From NCBI RefSeq assembly GCF_009914755.1, contig NC_060928.1: DNA of 64,000 bases; one strand, 5' to 3'. The stretch comes from the human T2T-CHM13v2.0 reference genome, Homo sapiens. Each line of letters begins with the position of its first letter. Within the stretch, counting starts at the first letter, position 1. A program made the position numbers and the translations under genes. Positions 52,032 through 64,000 of the stretch are shown in pieces. The notes under the pieces were generated by a model. That model had not been told where the DNA came from, did no database searches, and saw only the letters and a program-made list of their open reading frames with translations.

Positions 52032-55000
52032 TAACCGAGGAATATAAATTGTTCTACTGTGAAGACACATGCACACATATGTTCATCGCAGTACTATTCA
52101 CAATAGCAAAGTAATGGAATCAACCTGAATGCCCATCAGCGATTAACTAAATAAAGAAAATGTGGCACATATACACTATGTAATACTACACAGACATAAA
52201 AAGAACTAGATCATGTCCTTTTCAGAAACATAAATGGAGCTGGCAGTCACAATCCTAAGCAGATTAACACAGGAACAGAAAACCAAATACCAAATGTTCT
52301 TACTTATAAGTGGGAGCTAAATATTGAGTACACGTGGACACAAATAAGGCAACAATAGACACCAGGGCCTACTTGAGGTTGGAGAGTGGAAGGAGAGAGA
52401 GGATCCCAAAACTACCGATCAGGTACTATGCTTATTACCTTGGTGATGAAATAATCTGTACACCAAACCCTGGCGACAAGCAGTTTACGTATATAACAAA
52501 CGTGCATATGTACCCAGGACCTAAAATAAAATGTAAAAAAGGTTACTTCTAATTATAAAAACAGAAGCTCTACAGATATCTAAGAATAATATTATATCTA
52601 GTTGAATGGCTCTGTTTTATGAGTACCACACTGACAAAGGCATAAATGGCACCAAAAGCAGACGTATTTTCGACAAGCAAAATAGTACATTGTACTACAT
52701 TCATAAAATGGTCATTTTCTCAACCAGAATCCAATTAATGTGAAATAGCAAATACATAAACATTTATAAATGCACCTACAATGGGAATACAACGTTTACC
52801 CTCTACTTTTGTGAGAGATAGATGATATACAAAAGTTGTTACCAAATAAATTATAGCATCTATTTTATCAGCCTTGCAGATGGTATCTGATTTCTTATGA
52901 CTTCTGTACTTTCCACACTGTAAACTGTGATGTTTAGGAGGGTAGTCCTATAATGCTGAAGTATTTTAAGTATAAATACTATTGAGGATCCAAAATGTGT
53001 AGATTAATATAGGAGATAAAATTTAATTGAAATAATTCCTGGCACATAATAGGAACTCAATAAATGTAATAACAATGATGAGACTTTTAGTCAAGAGATT
53101 TATGATCTAATAAAAGGACTCAGGAGAATACACAGTAAACTGTATGTAAAACAGAATAAGAGTAAGTACAAGGGAAAAAAAACTCCCTTACCCAAGCCTT
53201 GCTTACACATTTCACCAAATGTGATAACAAGTCTAATTTTTTACTTTGTGTGTTTGCAGGGAGTCCCTAGTAGAGACCCTGATAAATACCAAATGTTGTC
53301 TTTGTTTGTTCTACCCAGCTTAGGTCTAAGTATCATTCCATTATTTTCTCTTATAAACCTCTTAAAATAACTTATCCCTTTTATGTATTTTTTTTCAAAA
53401 CAGGAGAAATCATTCCTAATAATAACTATAACTTGAACAGAAAAATAATTTAGTTTAACTTAAAATCCACTTATTACAACAGAAATAGTATATATACCAC
53501 AAAAAATATAGTCCCAACTTGTGATGTCAACAGTATCAGGGATTTATGGGGTCCTCAATTCCTTGGCCATTGCTGTGCAAGAAGTTCAATATCCTAACCT
53601 GGGTTACAGCCAAAAAGGGAAGAGAAGGGCTGTGCTGTGATGGCCAGGTAACAAGTGGAACTTTACTTTCTAATTCTGAAGACTCAAATGTTTTGGAGGG
53701 GAGGATTCATGGGGAGAAGTTATTTTTTTCTTTAGAGTTGAACAAGCTCGAGCTCCGAAGATCCTTTACCAATAAGTCTGTCTAAGTTGATGCAGTCACT
53801 TTACCAAGTGGCATGATGTTAGAATGAGGGTGATAACATGCTGTATTAGCACTATTTATATGGACATACTGATTGCCATCCTGAGCTGGTAAATATGTTC
53901 ATATTAAAACATAATTCAAAGAACAGAAACATATTGGAGAAAATGTCTCCCTGTTTTATATTTTATAATGAGATATCTTCTCAATATTTCTTTAGGTTGA
54001 GTCCAACTAACTAAAGTAAAATTTAAAATGGATATCAAATATTAAGAGATTAGGATGACAAATGGCAAACATTTTGTTGAGTTTATGCCTTGGTATGTTG
54101 AGTTTGAAATAGGACTTTAGCATATCACAGTAGTTTAACACCTGCAGTTTATTAGTATAAGAGCTTTTCTCTGGTGCCAAATTTGCCTCTTAAATTAATG
54201 CTTGGCTTGAAGCCATTGGTGAGAAACCAACTGATAAGCATTAACCTATATCTAGCATATGTTTATAATTGTGCCCTTAAGGAATCTGCAACGTAGTTAG
54301 GAGGTAAGATGAATGGAAACTAAATAAACAACAATTAAGTGCTGAATTTGCAGCATTAATTCAATTTGTAAGAAAAATTCATAGCAAGAAGACAGCAGAT
54401 TAACTACAACCATCACAGAATCTTTTATACATAACAGGATACTTTAGTTGACATAAAGAACAACTTGAAGTTTTCAAGGATGAGATTTCAATAAATAAGC
54501 AAAAATTAAAAGAGATATTCCAGATGAGAATAACATCATTGAAACAGGAATAATCATTAAGTGGTCAGATAATGGTCTGGGAGAAAAAAAAAATGATTTT
54601 TTTCAGGAAGAGGATAAATAAAGGAAACTTCCAATTTCTCAAGTTGTCTTTAAAAAATCCACAGGAGGAAAGGCTAAATATAAATTAAAATTTGTACTAC
54701 TATTTACATTTTTTAAATTTACATTTACATTTACATTTTTTAAATCTGTTTTGGGACCTAAACCACAGATGAGGTAGAAAGAGAAAGGAACCAGAGCAGT
54801 TTCATGGACGTAATCATGATCTGCGTGGTCAGCTCATAGATTATCTCATATTATTGACCAGACATGTTGAGATGTGTTGTAGCCTCACAATAAATGTGAG
54901 AAATACTGCTACTGTCTGTAGACTGATCAATTCTTATCTCACACTCATCCACGCTATTGAAAATTTTCTTCGTTTAGGTCTCCTACTTAAAGTATGCAGT

Positions 55001-55480
55001 TTTTCTCAAGAATAGTGTTTAAGCAAAAATCAAGAAGGTTTCAGACTCCCACAAGAAAATTTAAAAAAAAGAAAGAAAAAAGTTTAAGAAGGTCCAAATT
55101 AGAGTTTATAAAACATTCATCTTAAAATTCTTGAGATCAAAGAGAATCTTATCAAAAGGCCAAAGCTATAAAGCAGTTAAGCTATAATTGTTATTTTAGA
55201 TTGAGAAGTTAATCTTTGCCAGTTCCCGAGGTAAGTGCTTTACATGCTTTTATATTTGTTATATAAAATAATTCTTAGAAATCACTATGAGGTAAATGTT
55301 ATTATTCCTGTTTTTCTGTGAAAAAATTTTCTTATATCGCACATTCACTAAATGGCAAAGTCAGGATATAGACTCAAATTCACTTGATTCAAATGCCTGC
55401 ACTTTCAACCACTGCCTTAGTTTCTCTCCAAAAACAGAGGAGCTCCCTTGGATTAAGCTGCAACCAGGAGTTAGGAGGTA

Positions 55481-55515
55481 TTAGGTTGGTGCGAAAGTAA
55501 TTGCGGTTTTTGCCA
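55481..55515 (+). mobile_element. Solo Hsmar1/MADE1 terminal inverted repeat
   Basis: TA followed by ttaggttggtgcgaaagtaattgcggtttttgcca; no second arm. Confidence 0.85.
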
Positions 55516-55739
55516 CACATGCATTCTCTGATCTCTCACAACAGGTATTTTCAACATTCTTGGGACTACTCAAAGAGTTATTGAGAGCACAATTTGAACA
55601 CCATGAATTTGGTTATTTTTGTGTTATGCAATAATATGATGTTGTATTTTACATTCAATCCTGACAACTATTTAATCCTCAAACAACTATTTAATCCCAA
55701 ATGTTTAGGCTCTTTCCTAAATGTAATTATGATACTGAC

Positions 55740-55835
55740 AATTATGTGTTGCATGCCAGTATCAAAATATCTCATGTAACCCATAAATATATATACCTAC
55801 TATCTACCCGCAAGAAGTAAAATGAAGAAAATAAA
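55740..55835 (+). mobile_element. L1MA-type extreme 3' end
   Basis: gcatgccagtatcaaaatatctcatgtaacccataaatatatatacctactat, then an A-rich tail. Confidence 0.7.
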
Positions 55836-56429
55836 ATCTGAATCTAATCTTAATTTAGAAATAAACGTTTTTCAAAACTACTGCAAGGACTTTTAGCTTT
55901 TGAAATACAGGGTTTTTTTTGGTAATCACATTAGAATATTACAGTAATTGTCTTGTTAAAACCCAGAACGTATGATGCAATTTAAATAATACTAGTGGCT
56001 CAGTTAGGTTCCTTAAAACTTGACTAAGAGGCCTTTAAACTATGATGAATGTAAAACGTGATTTTGTACTAAAACAACTAAACATAACCTTACTTGTAAA
56101 ATATCTTGCTGGGAAATGACTTCAAATAAAATTTTGGATGTTTAAAAAGCATCTTTTTTTGGCCTTAAGCTCTTGCTTTCTCCACATACAAATGCATCGC
56201 TATAATGGTCTACATTTCCTCCATTCATTTTCATTTTTTTGGCAGTGGGATTAGCAACACTCTATGACAATTTTTGTTATTTCTGTTACCAGGAGCAGAC
56301 ATTGGAACAAAATCAGGAAAATGTACAGGTGCAAGGATCAGGGCTCTTGGATGAGGTGATAGGAATTGTGAGTATACTGAGAGTAAAGGCAGAGATCACG
56401 ACAGAGAGATATTTGCTGACTTTGTCCTT

Positions 56430-56850
56430 TTGGCAATGCTGTCCAATAAAAATATAACATTATGTCCATTTAAATTTGATAGTAGCTATATTAAGGTAAA
56501 GTAAAAAGAGATAGGTGACATTAATTAAAATAATACATTTTATTTATCTTAATATATGCAAAAATATTTTAGCACATAAATGGTGTTAAAATTATTAATA
56601 AGGAATTTTATGTTCATTATACTAAGTTTTCAAAATCTGATGTTTATTTTACACTTTCAGCACATCTCAATCTGGACACTAAAATTTGAATTGTTAAAGT
56701 GTGTTTTGAGTCATGTTAAAGAAAACAATATTGTGCACCATTTCAGCTTCTAAATTCAAGTTCAAATAAATTACAAATTTAGATCTTGAACTGCAGTAGC
56801 CACATGGCAGGCGCTTAACACACAATGAGTGGCTGTCAGTTGACTCTAGA
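56430..56850. mobile_element. MER33/Charlie-type hAT element
   Basis: gctgtccaata...atactaagttttcaaaatctg...gcacatctcaat...gtagccacat. Confidence 0.65.
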
Positions 56851-57089
56851 CTTAGTTCTCCTGGGTTTACCTACATTTGTTTACACAACTTTTATTGGAA
56901 AATTCCTGTTTGGGGAGCATTTTTCAGGTCATGCAAGCCATAAGTATCTGATTTTGTACATTATTGTTGTTTATATTTTGTCAAAATCGAGGAAGAAACA
57001 AGGAGTTGGAGTCAGATAAATCTACATTTGAACACAATCCACAAAAGAAGAATGTATATTAGGCCATAAGACTTCTATTTAATTATAAA

Positions 57090-57560
57090 GCATCTTGTTA
57101 ATTTTATGTTCTACTTTACTGAGCTAACGGATACCCAAATAGCTGGTTAAACATTTCTGAGCATGTCTGTAAGGGTGTTTGTGAAAATGATTAGTCCTTC
57201 ACCTGGTGAACCGAGTAAAGATGATGGTTCTCCTCAGTATGGATATGCGTCATCTGATCTTCTAAGTGCCTGAATAGAACAGAAGAGTGAAGGAAAGTTG
57301 AATTCACTCTTCTCACTGATTAGTTGAGTTGAGACATTGGTTTTTCTCCTGATCTTCTGGTTCTCAGACCTTTACGCTCAGAATGGAATCTACACCATTG
57401 GCTCTCTGACTCTCCAGCCTTTGAACTATACCATCGGCCTTTCTGGATATCTTGCAGAGAGCAGATTGTGGGATTTATCAGTCTTCAGAGTTATGTGAGC
57501 CAGAAGTTTATAATAAATCTCCTATTGTTTCTGTTTCTCTGCAGAACCCTGACTAATACA
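57090..57560 (+). mobile_element. MLT2 (ERVL) solo LTR
   Basis: gttaattttatgt...gatacccaaatagctggttaaacatt...aataaatctc...agaaccctgactaataca. Confidence 0.82.
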
Positions 57561-58988
57561 CATCTTCTATGAAGATATATGGGAAATAATTTACAGCTTG
57601 TTACAAAATAGTTTAATCCAATTATTTTCCAATAAAAAATAAGTAAAATGTCTAGTTGGGGGAATTTGTGGTATTCATGCAGCATTCATGAAAGGTTAGG
57701 CCAATATAGAACACAGTGGGGACTTGGATAGGCATAATGAGCACATGAAACACAGTCAGAGTAGCATGAGCACATGAAGTAGATATGCACACTTAAGTAA
57801 AGAAAAAAAACAAAACAAAAAAAACCAACCACAAATGTAAACTTCAGCTTCCTGGAAAGTTGAACCCAAGATTTATTGCATGCTCTGTCTATTTTTGTAG
57901 CCAATGAAGTGAATGCAGAGGATTGTAATGAGATAGATAGAATTCTGTCTGCACCACAAACACCTATTCAATGAATGCCCAGTCCAGACAGATGAGGTGC
58001 AAAGCCAAGATGTGCCAGGTCACCAAATTCCATGGGGTCTGATGGATGTTGCCATGTGAACAACACTCTGTCTAAATATGTTGCTTGGCTAAGGGCAGTG
58101 ACTGTTTCCTATGAATAAGACATAAAATCTGCTAAAAACATTTTGGAGCTTACCGCCAAAGAAGACTACTGAAAAGAACTTTTGTTAAATGTTTTGTTAA
58201 TGCATGTCAATGTGTATTCGATGAATTTGAGGTTATTTTAGTGCACACCTGCAGCACATGGCCTGTGCTTTTCAGCTGCTCTTACGATTTAGCTACAAGT
58301 ATTTTAAATCCCAGCTGTCAGCTCATAAGCACTGACCGTGAATGTTGAGCTTCACAAGCGCATTGCCAGTGGCAAAAGCACACTTGCTGGGGTCATCCGG
58401 TTGTGGGAAATATGACTCAGCTGACCTCTTTGCTGTGGGTTACTTGAAGATGCCATAAGAAATTGCACTAAGAAGACAACTTCACCCATTCCATGACACT
58501 GCCAGGGTCATTTATAGATTTTCTCTCCTTCTGAGACAAGAAATGTTGTGAAATAAATCAATAGAGCACTTTGGTATAGCCAGTAAAGTAATATACACTT
58601 TCATCCTTTACATTTGCATGAGCTTTGTCAGTCACCTAGTATTTTTAAATCCATCATTTCATTTTATCACTAAAATATCCATGTGAAGTATGCAGGGCAA
58701 AAACATTACTCCATCCATTTGATAGTAAAAGAAACAGAGGCTCAGGGAAGTGTAAGGTAATGTTGGTACATGTGCATATTGGATAATGTCCAAAAAGGCA
58801 TTTTGAATAAAATAATAGGGACAACCAAGCTAAAAAAATAATATCCATTTGGCATCAAGAGCATCGTATTCAAGAAATTTCTCTTATATAGATGTCTGGT
58901 GTTTATTTTCTTTAGTGTAAGGCTTCTGTCTTCCTACATAGTGCTGTAAAGAAAAGCTAAGAGATCACTAGAATGAGAAAGGGATTCC

Positions 58989-58999
58989 AGAAAAAGAAA

Positions 59000-59048
<49 letters not shown>

Positions 59049-59069
59049 GAGAAGGGGAGGGAGGGAGGA

Positions 59070-59133
<64 letters not shown>

Positions 59134-59173
59134 AAAAGAAAAAGAAAGAAAAAGAAAAGAGAGAGGAGGAAGG
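58989..59173. repeat. Compound polypurine microsatellite (GAAA)n/(GA)n/(GGGA)n
   Basis: About 185 consecutive purines. Confidence 0.95.
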
Positions 59174-59309
59174 ATGATGAGGATATTGCATTTCTCATGC
59201 ACTCATGTTTTATCTCACTTTGTGTTCCAGGTAATATATGGCAGGTCAAAACAGAGAGTCTTTGAATCCCTTGCTCCAAGCAGAGGTATGTTAAATTCAA
59301 CAAACAATA

Positions 59310-59940
59310 GTTAACATTGTTAGTTCTTACTGAATGCCAGGCACTGTTCAATGCATTGTAATATGTTTGGTAATTTAATCCTCGGGTTACCCAGAAAACA
59401 TAGGTAATATTGCTAATTTCATTTTACAGATAAGAAAACTGAAGCACAAAGCCATTATATTAATTAACTTCTGTTTTTTAATACATTATCCCAAATGTAG
59501 TGCCTACTACAACAGACATTTATTTAGCTCATGATTCTGTGGTTTAGAAAATTGGTCTGAGCTCATTTAGGCAGTTGTTCTGCCATGATTAAGCTCCCTT
59601 ATGCTTCTGTGGTTAGATGCACCTCAGTTAGATGCTGGTTGGGATGAAAATAGTGACTGGGTCACATGTGTCTCATCATCCAGCAGACCACCCTGGGCTT
59701 GTTCACATGCCAGTGCTTGATAGAGAAAAAGAGAGAGGAGAGCAAGACCTACATTTGTAACTACTGTATTCCAATTCTGCCACATTCTATTAGTTAAAGC
59801 AAGTCACAGTACCAGTCAAGACTCAAGGGATGAGGCAATATACCCTATACTTAATGGGAGGGGATACAATGTCATGTTGTAAAGGGATGTGGATACTGGA
59901 AGGAGTGCATAATTGTGGCCATGTATGCTATGCAGCAAAC
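59310..59940. mobile_element. MIR (59310-59465) followed by an MLT1 LTR (~59470-59940, minus strand)
   Basis: cattttacagataagaaaactgaagcaca; gacatttatttagctcatgattctgtgg...aagcaagtcaca. Confidence 0.65.
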
Positions 59941-60109
59941 TAAAAACTAAAATACATAAAAAAATAAATAGGGGGAAGACAGAGTGAATTTAACTTTATT
60001 GGATATTCTTTAATCTACTGAATCCAATACTTTGAATGACCACCCATGATACCCTCTCTAAGTTGTAGTGAAACAAATATCCCCTTCCGTATTAGTATTA
60101 GCATCCTAA

Positions 60110-60444
<335 letters not shown>

Positions 60445-60709
60445 AAGGCTTCTCTGTCTTGAAACCAAATGTGCCCTAAAGTGCAGAGAGCAGTGCTGCA
60501 AAGCATCTATGAGTTAATTTGAGAAACGTTGAAAGCTTTTACTTGGTGCGATGTTCAAAGTGAGGGACAGAGGTCAAAGACTTTACTCTTAAAATTCATT
60601 ATCTCTGATGACTTTGAGCTAACTCTTATTTTCTCAAATGTATTCCTCTTTATACAGCAGGTAGAGAAAGATTGTGATTGTCCTCATCTTACTCTAAAAT
60701 TGAACAGTT

Positions 60710-61230
60710 ATTAAGCAACTATTTATTGAGTTCCTTCTATAAGCCAGACGCTTAGCTACAAGAATTGAGATGCAAGACAGAAAAACATGCTCTTTTGCCC
60801 TGATTCAAGACAGAAACAGATAAATTCAATACTATAGAAATATGTACTATAGAAGCATAATGCAATGTGAGAGAGAAGGGAAACCTATCTTAGAATTGAG
60901 GTGGCTGTTGAGAATTTGAGAACGATTTCTGCATAGCAGTGAAGTTTTAAAAGATAATTTATAATAACTAGGCAACATTGGGTTGGAAAGATGAAAGTGG
61001 AAACATCATCCAGAGGGAACAGCAACTAAAATACAGCATTAGATTGAGCTTCAGTTTTCTAGATGGGAAATATCGAGACAGTTATACAAAAGCAATGACA
61101 AGGAGGATGGAAAAATAGAAAGGAGATTAGAGAGATGTAAATGAAATCGATTTTATAGGAATCAGTAACTTAATAGATATGAAAGCCAAGAAATAAGTAC
61201 TGTAGTTGAGGATAATTCCAGATATTTCCC
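60710..61230 (-). mobile_element. L2 fragment
   Basis: aactatttattgagttccttctataagccag and other L2 text. Confidence 0.55.
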
Positions 61231-61969
61231 TTTAGCATATATAAGTATATGGGCATATATCTAGATTTTATATGTATTCACCATATATGTAAAGAATAGA
61301 AAGGGGGCATGAGATAAGTACTTCCTATAGAAGTCTGTCTTAAGAATATATATAAGCTTGCTCATTGCAGCATCATAATTTTTAATAGCAATCTCTTGCA
61401 AAAACACAGATATCAACATTTGTAAAAGTAGAAATCTGGATCTAAATGAAAATAAACTTCTAAATTTGGTTTGTAATCATAGATTTTAGAGCTAAAATAT
61501 TCTACAGATATTGTAAGTATTCTACAGATATTTTCATAGATATATGTAGGCTACAGATTTGTAACCTTTTTGGTTTAATATTATGTTGATAGCATTTCCA
61601 ATACCGTTAAATATTCTCAAAAGACCCATTTCGTAATGATCACACACCATTCTATTATGCTATCCTATTTTATTTTACAATTTCCCTGATGTTTCTTATA
61701 ATTCAAAGACTTATTTTAATCTTTTGCTGCACCACTGTCTAAGTAAAGGATAGTCAATGTATGGAATTTTCCATCACCAGGATCCTTCCTAAGGAGAAGG
61801 ATTGTCAGTCTATCACATGCAGTGGGACACTTGAAGGGTGCCCGAACTCATGAACCATAAAGACACTGGCTCCATTTCCTCCACAGCTGACAGTTCTCTG
61901 CAGGTTTCTCCCTTTTTAAGGGGAAGACCTGGACTTACAGAAAAAAGTTTCTGTGACCATTAGTGTCTC

Positions 61970-64000
<2,031 letters not shown>

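Larger units (their letters stand above)
48318..52540 (+). mobile_element. 5'-truncated L1 (L1PA16/L1PB-type), split by an MST provirus
   Basis: ORF2 3' region at 48318-49192 resumes at 52032 (tataccc|...gaggaatataaa) and continues to the 3'UTR and A-tail. Confidence 0.87.

Noticed and set aside
54701-54745. Short direct repeats atttacattttttaaat (and tattctacagatatt at ~61498-61534)
   Set aside because: Only two or three copies in AT-rich DNA without unique spacers; ordinary slippage.
58934-59351. K/E/R-rich and F/L/S-rich ORFs
   Set aside because: These are translations of the (GAAA)n microsatellite.

Overview
This is AT-rich, CpG-depleted primate (human-like) genomic DNA, apparently gene desert or deep intron. 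It is not microbial. I found no host protein-coding gene, RNA gene or CRISPR array, and the window is mostly a layered fossil record of transposable elements. From left to right: the 3' 5.7 kb of a defective HERV-K(HML-3)/HERVK9 provirus (gag-dut/pro-pol-deleted env, MER9 3' LTR); an L1PA4-like element with a complete 5'UTR and intact 338-aa ORF1 but a truncated 3' end; a ~2.7-kb hAT-Tip100 (Zaphod-like) transposase fossil; a four-level nest (L1M > Alu monomer > ERVL-type LTR > AluS); two complete MaLR (MST) proviruses with target-site duplications (TSDs), one carrying a THE1 LTR; further L1, L2, MIR, Alu and MER copies; and microsatellites. I see no evidence of a new biological system. The best leads are the ORF1-only L1, an in-frame SU-TM env deletion, a gained DUX4 motif in one MSTA LTR, a solo Hsmar1 TIR, a duplicated MER53 hairpin, a twin-primed L1 and a motif-dense candidate enhancer near 58.4 kb. 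Subfamily names come from remembered consensus sequences and need RepeatMasker/Dfam confirmation. Boundaries without TSDs are approximate.
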